A stretch of 64,000 bases of DNA from a virus (lineage: Duplodnaviria > Caudoviricetes), in IMG/VR virus record IMGVR_UViG_3300035101_000015, positions 81,843-145,842 of that record; one strand, 5' to 3'. The notes beneath the pieces are model-generated. The model ran no database searches and was not told the DNA's origin. It saw only the letters and a list, made by a program, of their open reading frames with translations. Both the position numbers and the translations under genes were made by a program. Below, one piece after another: positions 14,736 through 24,135 of this stretch (position 1 is its first letter; each line of letters starts with the position of its first letter).

Positions 14736-15253
14736 CCCGTGCCAGTCACCGGCGGCTTCCCGCCGAGGACGTTCGGATTCACCATGCTACCAGACTGACG
14801 TGCCTGGGCGAGGTTTCGCTGGATGCCCGCCTTCGTGCTCTTGACGGCTTCCGGTCCGACCAAGGCCAAGTGTGCAGCACGAGCCAGCCCCAGAGCAATC
14901 TTCTCCAGCTCCTCCGGGGGCTCGATGCCATACCACCCACATGCCTTGACGAGGTTGGCTGCCGCAGTCTTCTGCGCCACCACGGGCAGCTTGTCTGCGG
15001 TCTTCATGAAGTACTCGACGCTGAGTGCGGTGTTGCCAGCATCACTGCAGGCGAACTTGCGGAGCTCCACGTCTCCATCCTGCAACACCAACGCGTACAG
15101 GTCGTCGGGCAGCTCGGCCCGTCGCTCTGGTGGTAGATGCTCAGCGTTCTTGATGAGGTCGGGTACGGACTCTTGGGTCGGGAAGATGGAACGAAGAACC
15201 GCCCCGTTGTAGTCGTCGCCGGCGTCGATGACCAGGCCGCTGAGCTTCTCCAT
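14732..15253 (-). CDS. Hypothetical head-associated protein
   Basis: GGAGG SD before ATG at 15253 (MEKLSG); LPDDLYALV..RKFA and ELEKIA motifs. Confidence 0.72.
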   Translation of the reverse strand: MEKLSGLVIDAGDDYNGAVLRSIFPTQESVPDLIKNAEHLPPERRAELPDDLYALVLQDGDVELRKFACSDAGNTALSVEYFMKTADKLPVVAQKTAAANLVKACGWYGIEPPEELEKIALGLARAAHLALVGPEAVKSTKAGIQRNLAQARQSGSMVNPNVLGGKPPVTGTG

Positions 15254-15315
15254 GGGTCCTCCAGGGGAGCGTAATCGCGCAGAACTGCACTTGCAAGAGT
15301 ACATCGGGGCCCGGG

Positions 15316-15321
15316 GATAAG
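15316..15321 (+). promoter_or_regulatory. GATAAG putative promoter element for the replication cluster
   Basis: In the divergent intergenic gap, about 40 nt before ATG 15361. Confidence 0.45.
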
Positions 15322-15360
15322 GGAATCGGACAAGAGGCCATAGTAGCCATAGGAGGACGA

Positions 15361-15972
15361 ATGAGTCAGAACGGACAACCCGGCTGTTTCGGGGTGCAGT
15401 GGGACGCCAACGCAGTCGAATGTCGTGGGGGCCTCGACCCCAACTACGCCCACCCGCAGAACGGGGGCAACCGCCGGGAGATGTGTCGGTGGTACTCCCA
15501 GTGTTCTGCAGCGACGAATCACCAGCGCCTCCAGAGCGCTGCGAAGGTGGTGCCTCCACCACCGCCAGTACAATCGCCACTGCTCTCTCAGCAGTCTCTG
15601 GTGAGGCCACCTGCACCGAGCGTGGTTGCCCCACCAGCACCGATGACCGCCATCGTGCCCCAGGCGCAGGCGCAACCCCAGCAGCCGAGGGTGATTCATG
15701 GACCGCCACCGGCACAGCAGATTGCCTACGTTGGCAATCAACCCTACACGCAGCCAATCCATGCTGCTATGCCGACCATGGTTCCGATGAACCAGACGAT
15801 GCAGGGCGCCCAGACCAACAGTTTCCTGATGGTGCCCGAGCCAGAGGACGAGGAAGTCCCCTGGTCCGCCAGGCTCTGGCGGAACACCTACCGCGCGATG
15901 GGCAAGGCCGCGTTCATGACGTTGGCCAACTTCATAGACTTCAACCCGATTGGAAGACACCGCCAAGACTAA
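15361..15972 (+). CDS. Hypothetical protein: N-terminal Cys cluster plus Pro/Gln-rich region
   Basis: AGGAGG SD; CFG...C...C...C pattern. Confidence 0.7.
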   Translation: MSQNGQPGCFGVQWDANAVECRGGLDPNYAHPQNGGNRREMCRWYSQCSAATNHQRLQSAAKVVPPPPPVQSPLLSQQSLVRPPAPSVVAPPAPMTAIVPQAQAQPQQPRVIHGPPPAQQIAYVGNQPYTQPIHAAMPTMVPMNQTMQGAQTNSFLMVPEPEDEEVPWSARLWRNTYRAMGKAAFMTLANFIDFNPIGRHRQD

Positions 15973-15990
15973 CGGTGGTACAACCCGCAC

Positions 15991-17760
15991 ATGTACGTTG
16001 TGAAGCGTGACCCCAACAAGGGGTACATCGACACATGGCTCTGGGTGCCTCGCAGCTACATCAACGTCGATGGCACCAAGCAGAGCTTGACCCATGTCTT
16101 CACCGACAGGGGAGGAGGCATGAAGGTCATCGAGCTGTTCCAGGAGGCTCCGTACCACTTGCTGGTACCACGAGCCTTCTGGACCCCGGCCGAGCTCCCG
16201 TTCGAGGTGGTGGACTGTCGTCCGCTCAACTACGAGCAGGTGAACTTCGCCTCACGCATCAAGCTGGACCACCGGCTGCAGGAGAACCTGAAGGGAGCAC
16301 ATGAGTTGCTACCTACGGGTGATGACGTCCAACGCAAGTCGCTCAACGCCATGCAGATGGCGATGGGCGGAGTGCTGCAGCTCGCGTGTGGCAAGGGCAA
16401 GACTCCGGTCGCCCTTCGCCACATTGCAGACGCTCAGATGCCCGCACTGGTGATGGTGGACAACACCCAGCTACTCGAGCAGTGGCAGAAGGAAATTGAC
16501 CAGTTCCTCATCGTACCGGGAGGCATTGGCATTATTGCCGAGGGGAAGAAGGACTGGAAGAAGGGTCTCGTACTCGGGACCTACATCTCCGTCGCCAACT
16601 GGGCGGAGAGCATGCCTGAAGAGGTGCGCCGATTCTACGGCAACGTCTACTGGGACGAGGGACATCACCTCAGCGCGCCCGTGTTCTCGAAAACTGCCCC
16701 TCTATTCTACGGGCAGCGGTACTGCCTGACTGCGACTCCCGAGCGCGTGGATGGCTACCACATCATTGCCGACCTACACGTCGGCGAAATCCTGCACAAG
16801 GACCTCACGCAGCCACTGAAGGCACGGTTCATCTTCTACTGGACCGGGCTAGAGCTGGACCTGACGGACCCACAGTGTGATGTGCTCGACAAGAACAGGG
16901 AGATTCACTCGTCGAAGGTGTTCAAGTACTTCGGCAGGTGGAGACAACGGCTCTGGATGATTGTCCAGGACTGCATCGATGCCGTACAGTTTGGACGCAA
17001 GGTGCTGGTCGTAGGCTCGAGCATTGACGAGGTGGTCAACCTCATGGCCATCTGGACGCGTGGGGCGTACACCGACCTCATCACCGACATACCCTACCCC
17101 CAACCCCACGAGGTCGGTGAGACCCTGACACCGCTGCCATTGAAACCAGCGGAGGGCAAACGGCTCGAGGTGAACCTGGAGAAGCAGAGGAAGAAAGTGG
17201 CCGCTGGGAATCTCTCTGCACTGCAGCAGCAGGAGGCAGAGGGTCGACTGGCTTCCATCGAGCTCGACTGGCAGAAGTACCAGGTCCACAAGAAGTGTGA
17301 GAACCTCAACGATAGACGAAGGCAGAAGTTCATCGATGAGCTAACTGCCGAGAACAGCACCGCTGGGTTCATGACCTACGGCGTTCCCGCCAAGACCCGA
17401 CAGGAGTTCGTGCGAACCAGGGATGTGACTTTCGCCATCATGAAGTACGGGAAGGAGGGGCTCGACGCCCCTCACCTCGACACCATCTTGGTGAGCACTC
17501 CATTCTCCCAGAAGGGAGGGCTGCAGCAGCTCATGGGGCGCATCACCGGCCGGCCCATGCCGGGCAAGAAGAAGTGCATCGTGGCGTTCTACCGGGACAA
17601 CATCGGTGCCATGCACGGAATGTGCGACAAGCTGGAAGGACACCTTCGACAGTGGCCCATCGATGAGGGTGGGCCTCTCGACTTTGAACACGTCAACAAC
17701 CCGAAGAGGATACGGTGGCAGAAAGCATCAAGTTTGAAGGACGCCTTTGGGCAGTCGTGA
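15991..17760 (+). CDS. Superfamily 2 (DExH) helicase
   Basis: LACGKGKT, WDEGHH, LTATPER, EGLDAP, QLMGRI. Confidence 0.9.
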   Translation: MYVVKRDPNKGYIDTWLWVPRSYINVDGTKQSLTHVFTDRGGGMKVIELFQEAPYHLLVPRAFWTPAELPFEVVDCRPLNYEQVNFASRIKLDHRLQENLKGAHELLPTGDDVQRKSLNAMQMAMGGVLQLACGKGKTPVALRHIADAQMPALVMVDNTQLLEQWQKEIDQFLIVPGGIGIIAEGKKDWKKGLVLGTYISVANWAESMPEEVRRFYGNVYWDEGHHLSAPVFSKTAPLFYGQRYCLTATPERVDGYHIIADLHVGEILHKDLTQPLKARFIFYWTGLELDLTDPQCDVLDKNREIHSSKVFKYFGRWRQRLWMIVQDCIDAVQFGRKVLVVGSSIDEVVNLMAIWTRGAYTDLITDIPYPQPHEVGETLTPLPLKPAEGKRLEVNLEKQRKKVAAGNLSALQQQEAEGRLASIELDWQKYQVHKKCENLNDRRRQKFIDELTAENSTAGFMTYGVPAKTRQEFVRTRDVTFAIMKYGKEGLDAPHLDTILVSTPFSQKGGLQQLMGRITGRPMPGKKKCIVAFYRDNIGAMHGMCDKLEGHLRQWPIDEGGPLDFEHVNNPKRIRWQKASSLKDAFGQS

Positions 17761-18149
17761 CGGCAGCGAGTGGCCGTCGATTCATCGGTGAGGTGGTGAC
17801 CGTCACGGAGGATGAGGAGTCGGAGGTCATCAAGTTCATGCGACTCGACCCCGCCTACGAAATCACCACCCTCATGAGGCCAGTGCCTACAGGGCCGAGG
17901 CCAGACGAGATGGCCATCCAGCGCCAGACGTTGGTGTTCCCAGTGGATGCTTGTGCGTACGACTGCTCCGTGCAGTTGTCGTATCCGTCCGAGGTTCACT
18001 TCGCTGACGACTTTCACGAGAACGACAGACGGATGTTCATCGACCAGATTCGCATGGTGCGAGCACAAATGGTCGAGGGTCGGGGACAAAAGCTGGGGCT
18101 GGCAAAACCGCCACCCGGCTTCGACCCAACCAAGTTCAAAGGAAGCTGA
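17715..18149 (+). CDS. Hypothetical protein
   Basis: GAGG SD, GTG start, in operon. Confidence 0.7.
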   Translation: MAESIKFEGRLWAVVTAASGRRFIGEVVTVTEDEESEVIKFMRLDPAYEITTLMRPVPTGPRPDEMAIQRQTLVFPVDACAYDCSVQLSYPSEVHFADDFHENDRRMFIDQIRMVRAQMVEGRGQKLGLAKPPPGFDPTKFKGS

Positions 18150-18153
18150 CTCG

Positions 18154-18969
18154 ATGGTAGCTCCTGACTACAACAAGACGCTGCCCGTGCTGCAGCAGCA
18201 GTGGTCACGGTGCCAGAACTGCGAGCTCGGGCAGCGACGAGTGAAGGTCGGCGGACAGTTCGTGTTCGGCGAGGGCACCCCCGGTGGCATTCTGTTCATC
18301 GGGGAGGGACCCGGCAAGGATGAGGAGAAGGAGGGCCGCCCGTTCATCGGAAAGAGCGGGCAGGTCCTCCGAGACGTGCTGGGTCAGCTCGGTCTAACGG
18401 ATGTCTCCTACATCACTAACACCGTATGCTGCAGGAGCTGTGCCCAGCAGTTCAGTAGGGAAGGACAACCGCAGACGTACGACGATGGTCAACCACGAAT
18501 CGCAGACCAGCCACCGACGACGTTGCAGGTGCATGCCTGCTCACCTCGCCTGTACGAAGAAATCTACCTGGTCGACCCAGTACTCATCGTGACACTGGGA
18601 GGTGGTGCAGCGGAGGCCATGCTGCATCGTGCTGTGACCATCACATCGGAGTGCGGGAACGCATACGTCGTGAAGATTCCTGGGGCGGCCACCGTCCCCC
18701 AGCTTACAGAGAAGAGGCAGCAGTGGCTGCGCAAGGTGAAGAAGCAGTGGGTAATGCCCACCGCACAGAACTACGTCGAGTACCACTGCGTGCTCAACCT
18801 TCACCCAGCCTACGTGCTGCGCAACCTGAAGGACGAGAGACCTGGCAACCCAGCAGAAAGGTTCTTCGAGACCATGAAGCTGGTGAAGAAGGTGTACCTC
18901 AAGTACCTGCGAGAAGTTTTCGGACAAGCACAACAAGACGAGACCGTCTATACGGAGGAGCATGGCTAG
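18154..18969 (+). CDS. Uracil-DNA glycosylase, family 4
   Basis: CQNCEL, FIGEGPGKDEEKEGRPFIGKSG, YITNTVCCR, HPAYVLR. Confidence 0.9.
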   Translation: MVAPDYNKTLPVLQQQWSRCQNCELGQRRVKVGGQFVFGEGTPGGILFIGEGPGKDEEKEGRPFIGKSGQVLRDVLGQLGLTDVSYITNTVCCRSCAQQFSREGQPQTYDDGQPRIADQPPTTLQVHACSPRLYEEIYLVDPVLIVTLGGGAAEAMLHRAVTITSECGNAYVVKIPGAATVPQLTEKRQQWLRKVKKQWVMPTAQNYVEYHCVLNLHPAYVLRNLKDERPGNPAERFFETMKLVKKVYLKYLREVFGQAQQDETVYTEEHG

Positions 18970-19399
18970 GCACAACGAGGTCCCCATCAACAGCGTCCCG
19001 GAGGTCGCTGCGTTGGAACAGACCAAAGCACGCATGAGAAAGTTCATGGAGGACAACTCCCAGTTCTTCGAGTGGTGGACCGAGCTCGTGGAGGAGTACA
19101 ACGACCGTCTGCAGGCAGCAGAGAAGGCAGTGAGAGCCCGCCAGGTCAGTTGTGGCGAGCTCGAGCTCGGCTCGTACCAGACGAGGTACGACTGGGAGTA
19201 CATGTACGAGCGCTACGGGCGCGAGGGTTTCCTCGAGCGCGGTGGCAAGCTCAACACCGTCGTCGTCAAGGACGGTGACAAGAAGCGGGTCGACATGCAG
19301 ATTGACTCTGGGAAGATTCCTGCCGAGGACGCCCAGCACATCCGAAAGAAGGGACCCAAGTTCACCATCCCCAAGCCCATCGGGATGCCATCGCTATGA
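18962..19399 (+). CDS. Hypothetical protein
   Basis: GGAGGAG SD; coupled ORF. Confidence 0.7.
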   Translation: MARHNEVPINSVPEVAALEQTKARMRKFMEDNSQFFEWWTELVEEYNDRLQAAEKAVRARQVSCGELELGSYQTRYDWEYMYERYGREGFLERGGKLNTVVVKDGDKKRVDMQIDSGKIPAEDAQHIRKKGPKFTIPKPIGMPSL

Positions 19400-19707
19400 A
19401 CTGGGCTGGGACGCTGGAGAAGTACGGTTGGCGGGCGGACGAGGTCGGCAACGAGCCCTTCCACCCGCTGGCGCTCCAAGCACAGCAGGCGCGTGCCAAC
19501 GGTCAATCCGTGGCGCGCATCAGCACTACCGTGGGAACCTCTGAGGGATATGGCGACATCAAGGTGAGCTTCACCGTCAGCGTCGACTGTGTCCAGGCCG
19601 AGGCCACCATGAACCTGGCAGGCGAGGCTGCCTTCCTGAAGGCTGTCGAGCTGGTGAACGATAGTGCTCGCTTCCTCGGCATGACCGAGTTGGTGCAGAA
19701 ACGATGA
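19396..19707 (+). CDS. Hypothetical protein
   Basis: ATGA overlaps on both sides. Confidence 0.7.
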   Translation: MNWAGTLEKYGWRADEVGNEPFHPLALQAQQARANGQSVARISTTVGTSEGYGDIKVSFTVSVDCVQAEATMNLAGEAAFLKAVELVNDSARFLGMTELVQKR

Positions 19708-20060
19708 GCGTCAAGGGAACGCTTCGTGGTTCTGAGCTGGTCCTCGGTCGACTGACCGTGGACTGGCTCACGCAGCCATCGCTCACCATCACCGCACTCG
19801 CTGCCATCGTCGACTCGACGACTGGAGCGACGCACGCGTGGCTGGATGGCAGACAAGTAGCGTGGTCTTCGCACACGGCTAAGGCACTGGAGGCTCTTCG
19901 CAAGAGTGTCGAGTCCGACATGGCAGCGGTTCACCTCATTGGTGGTGGTGCTACCGGGCCAGTGGACGAGAGAGGACTCGAGGCGTCGGAGGGTGGTCTG
20001 AGCGAGCACCTGGGTACCGCCTCCGACAACTCGGATGAGGGAGGCACGCCTTCCATCTAG
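19704..20060 (+). CDS. Hypothetical protein
   Basis: ATGA overlap; in operon. Confidence 0.65.
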   Translation: MSVKGTLRGSELVLGRLTVDWLTQPSLTITALAAIVDSTTGATHAWLDGRQVAWSSHTAKALEALRKSVESDMAAVHLIGGGATGPVDERGLEASEGGLSEHLGTASDNSDEGGTPSI

Positions 20061-20181
20061 CCCTAGATGTTGGGGTGCAAAAGCCAATCGCCCCAACACC
20101 TTGTGGCGCACACGAAAAGCGTTGACCGGCCCACGGTAACCCGTACCGTGGTCAGTCCGCGCAAGGCTCACGTGGGTGCGT

Positions 20182-20187
20182 GATAAG
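20182..20187 (+). promoter_or_regulatory. GATAAG putative promoter element upstream of the helicase
   Basis: About 25 nt before ATG 20212, ahead of an AGGAG SD. Confidence 0.45.
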
Positions 20188-20211
20188 GGCTAGCGCGAAC
20201 AGGAGAATAGG

Positions 20212-21606
20212 ATGGCGTCATGGGAACACCAACTTCTTTCGAGAATCATCCGCACAGGCGACATGAACACGGTGCTCCAGTGGGGCATCGGCTACGAGGA
20301 CTTCCTGACGAGTGAGGGAAGAGCCATCTTCCAACACATGCTCGGGTACTTCCAGATGCCCGAGACTTCGGGCGCCGTACTCGGGCCCTACGCACTGCAG
20401 CAGCACTACCCTACCTTCCATCTGTGCGACGACGGTTCGATGACCATCGACTCCCTCTGTCACGAGGTGCGTCAGAATCGAATCAAGACTGAGGGACACG
20501 AGCTCATCGTCAAGGCGAGCGAGATGCTCCAGATGAACCCGATGGCGGCGGTCAACCACCTATCCAACGGGTCCAACTACCTGCAGTCCATCGGCACTAC
20601 GCGCAAGACGGACGTCTTCATGGACGAGTCCATGGGACGAACGATGCAGCGCTACGAGCTGAAGGAGCAGGGCGTCGACATGTCGGTGTGCCCGATGCCG
20701 TGGGAGCCGTTGCAGGAGGCCACAGGTGGCCTCGAGGAGGAGGACTACGTCGTCATCTACGGACGACCTAAGTCGATGAAGACGTGGGTGCTCGCATTCC
20801 TCATTGCCTGGTGCATAGACCAGGGAAAGCGGATGCTCATCTACACGAAGGAGATGACGGCCGACAACATCTTCCAGAGAGTGGCAGCGGTCCTCGCTGG
20901 AGTTCGGTATCACGAGTTCCGGCGTGCCCGCCTCAACCCAGAGGAGAAGGCAGCCATCTACGCAGTGTGGCGGTACATCTACGCCATCCGGCAGCAGCAG
21001 CCCATAGTCTGCCTGTCCGCCAAGGATGCAGGCCATGGAGGCGACACTGTTCCATGGCTGCGCAGCAAGGTGGAGCAGCACAGACCCGACATCTGCTGCA
21101 TCGACGGGATGTATCTGATGTCCAGCACGAGCGCCAACCCTCGACAGAAGGACAACGCTCGGGTGAGAGACATCAGTCGTGCCTTGAGGCAGATGAACCT
21201 GGATACGCGTGTGCCTATCATCTCCACCATCCAGGCCAACCGAGAGGCCGCGAAGCACTCAGATGCGAACCTGGATGAGATTGCGTTCTCGGACGCCATC
21301 GGACAAGACGCCACGCTCGCCATGCGGGTCATCAATGAGAAGCACCAGCCAACGCTGGCACTCGTAGTTGGTGGCTCACGCGAGTACGACCTGGAGGGAT
21401 TCCGCATCTACGGGCTGCCTGCCTACAACTTCGGCTACGCCGGACCGCTCACCACTGCCGAGGTGCTTGCTGCACAACAAGCGGACAACCCAGAGGTAGC
21501 AGTCGGCAAGCAGGGTCGTAGGAAGACTGCTGCAAAGCAGGTACAAGACATGAGCGAGGTCGCCCAGGCGGCCCAGAAATTCCAGAGCATGAACACGGAG
21601 GACTGA
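20212..21606 (+). CDS. Replicative DnaB-like (SF4) helicase
   Basis: YGRPKSMKT Walker A, YTKEM, CIDGMYLM, IQANR, SDAIGQDA. Confidence 0.88.
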   Translation: MASWEHQLLSRIIRTGDMNTVLQWGIGYEDFLTSEGRAIFQHMLGYFQMPETSGAVLGPYALQQHYPTFHLCDDGSMTIDSLCHEVRQNRIKTEGHELIVKASEMLQMNPMAAVNHLSNGSNYLQSIGTTRKTDVFMDESMGRTMQRYELKEQGVDMSVCPMPWEPLQEATGGLEEEDYVVIYGRPKSMKTWVLAFLIAWCIDQGKRMLIYTKEMTADNIFQRVAAVLAGVRYHEFRRARLNPEEKAAIYAVWRYIYAIRQQQPIVCLSAKDAGHGGDTVPWLRSKVEQHRPDICCIDGMYLMSSTSANPRQKDNARVRDISRALRQMNLDTRVPIISTIQANREAAKHSDANLDEIAFSDAIGQDATLAMRVINEKHQPTLALVVGGSREYDLEGFRIYGLPAYNFGYAGPLTTAEVLAAQQADNPEVAVGKQGRRKTAAKQVQDMSEVAQAAQKFQSMNTED

Positions 21607-22649
21607 TGGACGTACAGGCGGAGGTCCTCGCTGTCGCTCAGTCGTACCTACGCAAGGTAGGGCGCTCGGGCGCCGAGAACATCATGGCCATCTGTCCCTT
21701 CCATAGGAAGCTGGACGGGTCCGAGGAATCTACTCCGTCATTCTCCATGTCCCTGACGAAGGGGGTGTACTTCTGCCACGCGTGCCACGCCAAGGGCAGC
21801 TTGTACACCTTCTTCAAGGAGCTGGGACTCGACCGGCAGACCATCAACTTTCGATACGGTTTGCTGCTCGATGGTGTGGCGAAGAACATGCCGGCGCGCC
21901 CAGACCCTGGGCGCCCGCGTGAGATATGGGTCGACCTTGAGTCGGCAATCGATGAAGCCCTGCTTGGTCTGTTCGACCACGATGTGACCGCCCTGCTCCC
22001 CGACTTCGACCCAGAGACGTTGAACCACTTTGACGTTGGATGGGACGGGTGGTGGAACCGCGTCACCTTCCCCATCCGGGACATGGACGGAAAGCTCATC
22101 GCCATCAGTGGCAGGGCGGTCTACCCAGAGCAGGAGCCCAGGTACAAAATCTACGAGGAGGAATACAAGGTCTGGGACTTCCCGCCCCGCTACGGATGGA
22201 ACAAGCGTACCGCCCTCTGGAACGCTTGCGCGGTCTACCCAGAACTTCATCTCCACACCCCCGACCAGGGATTCATAGTGGTGGTGGAGGGGTTCAAGGC
22301 TGCCATGTGGGTGTGGCAGGCAGGGATAACGAACGTGGTAGCCCTGCTCGGAAGTTATTTGTCCTGGGAGCAGGGGTGGATACTTGAACGCCTCGGCGTC
22401 CCGGTGTACTTGTTCTTGGACAACAACGCTCCAGGGTGGGCAGGTCAGATAGACGCAGCCGCCCGGCTTACAGAGAAAGGGGTGACCGTACGATTCATCG
22501 AGTACCCGTTGAGGCTGCAAGATGATGAAGACGCACAGCCCGACAGCCTTACCGAGCTTGAAGTACTACAACAAAAGGCGAGAGCGCCTCACTACAGAGA
22601 CTGGCTGCTGAAGCAGCATGGAGAACGGCATGGCATTCGGCAAGGATGA
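21606..22649 (+). CDS. DnaG-type DNA primase (CHC2 zinc finger plus TOPRIM)
   Basis: CPFH..E..PSF..YFCHAC, RVTFPIRD...ISGR, VVEGFKA, FLDNN. Confidence 0.9.
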   Translation: MDVQAEVLAVAQSYLRKVGRSGAENIMAICPFHRKLDGSEESTPSFSMSLTKGVYFCHACHAKGSLYTFFKELGLDRQTINFRYGLLLDGVAKNMPARPDPGRPREIWVDLESAIDEALLGLFDHDVTALLPDFDPETLNHFDVGWDGWWNRVTFPIRDMDGKLIAISGRAVYPEQEPRYKIYEEEYKVWDFPPRYGWNKRTALWNACAVYPELHLHTPDQGFIVVVEGFKAAMWVWQAGITNVVALLGSYLSWEQGWILERLGVPVYLFLDNNAPGWAGQIDAAARLTEKGVTVRFIEYPLRLQDDEDAQPDSLTELEVLQQKARAPHYRDWLLKQHGERHGIRQG

Positions 22650-24072
22650 CACACAGCTATCGAACATCCCCGTCTATGGCTCCTCTGGGAGCTTCACTCA
22701 GACGGGGCACACCTCAAGCGTGGCGCGCAGGGGCAGGAGCAAGATGCCCTACTGGCGCAATACACTCGAGCTGAGCGAAGACCCTCAGCGACCAGACCGC
22801 ATTCGGCTCATTCCAGCCGACTACAAGCAGCACGTGACTGACCCAGGAACTGGTCAACTCGTGGAGATGTCCCGCCCCTTCGTGGAGTTCCGAGAGCACT
22901 TCCACGCATCCAGCAATCGAGGTGCAATCTGCAGCGCGGGACCGCGCTTCCTCGACAAGCAGAATCGAGACCCCTGTCGTGGTTGCGACATCTGGGAGGA
23001 GGACAAGGCAGAGCGCGACGCGAAGAAGGCTCGAGGTGATGAGACCAAGGGGCCCAATCGCATCTCGCGCATGGACAAGTTCGCGTTCACCGCACTGGAC
23101 TACGCGTACTACTTCGAGATGCCGCAGACAGACAACCGCACTGGCCAGTTCCGCATGAACCCGAAGACCAACCAGCCCTACATGGAGTGGGTCAAGGCGT
23201 TCAACCCACAGGACCCGGTGTTCACTGGGCGCAAGTGGCGAGAAGGCTCCACGCGACCGTGGATTATGCCCAAGACGCAGAAGGACAAGCTGGTCGACCG
23301 CAACATCATCATCGGCAACCAGTGCCTGGCATGTGGGCAGCCGGGGATGTACTCACGCGGTTGGTACTGTGGCAATCCTCAGTGCCGACAGCTCATCTTC
23401 GACCCCAACAACACGACGCTCAGTCTGGATGAGCAGAAGACGAAGTCCCGTGAGCTCTACACTTGCCCACACTGCAGCACGCGGTCGCATCCCGTCGAGG
23501 TCGTCCAGTGCTTGCACTGTGGTGGTGACAAGCGGGCCCAGATTTTCGATGTGGACCTGTACGTCTACCTGGCGCCCACAGGCAACGGGAAGCAGAAGAG
23601 TCTGGAGATTGTGACACACAGCGCACCAGGGCCTGTCGTGTTGCAGGACCCGGAGTCGATGAAGTGGGTCAAGCCCCTCAAGCTCATCGAGCGGTTCGCA
23701 CCCACGGCCCTCGAGGAGCAGGCGAAGCTGTGGAACATCACCACCCCAGCGCCTGCACCACAGCCTGCGGCACCTCAACAGCAACAGTGGGCACCACCCC
23801 CAGGAGCTCCGGCAGCGTACGCGCCGCCTGCCCCTGCGCCCGCAGCAGCCATGCCGCCAAACCCGATGGGAGCGCCTGCCGATGCGGCCGGCAACCCCAT
23901 CTATCAGCCACCCATGGCGCCTCCCCCGGCGCCGGCTCCGGTGGCCCCACCTCAACCCCCACCACCGATGGCGCCGCCAGCGCCTCCGGCTCCTCCAGCC
24001 ACGCCAGCCCAAGAGGGTGACGTAGCCTCCATGCTCGCAGCATTGGGCGGAGGTTCCGGGAACAATAGCTAG
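22630..24072 (+). CDS. Putative single-stranded DNA-binding protein with zinc fingers and Pro-rich tail
   Basis: Lies between primase and polymerase; IRLIP..F.EH..C..CxxC pattern recalls gp32-like SSBs; low-complexity tail. Confidence 0.5.
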   Translation: MAFGKDDTQLSNIPVYGSSGSFTQTGHTSSVARRGRSKMPYWRNTLELSEDPQRPDRIRLIPADYKQHVTDPGTGQLVEMSRPFVEFREHFHASSNRGAICSAGPRFLDKQNRDPCRGCDIWEEDKAERDAKKARGDETKGPNRISRMDKFAFTALDYAYYFEMPQTDNRTGQFRMNPKTNQPYMEWVKAFNPQDPVFTGRKWREGSTRPWIMPKTQKDKLVDRNIIIGNQCLACGQPGMYSRGWYCGNPQCRQLIFDPNNTTLSLDEQKTKSRELYTCPHCSTRSHPVEVVQCLHCGGDKRAQIFDVDLYVYLAPTGNGKQKSLEIVTHSAPGPVVLQDPESMKWVKPLKLIERFAPTALEEQAKLWNITTPAPAPQPAAPQQQQWAPPPGAPAAYAPPAPAPAAAMPPNPMGAPADAAGNPIYQPPMAPPPAPAPVAPPQPPPPMAPPAPPAPPATPAQEGDVASMLAALGGGSGNNS

Positions 24073-24078
24073 GGACCA

Positions 24079-24116
24079 GGCGCCCGCTCCTACCTTTTCT
24101 CCGGGGAGCGGGCGCC
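24079..24116 (+). terminator. GC-rich hairpin between the SSB-like gene and the polymerase
   Basis: ggcgcccgctcc...ggagcgggcgcc. Confidence 0.5.
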
Positions 24117-24135
24117 GAATCCCGTCTGGTGAAAC

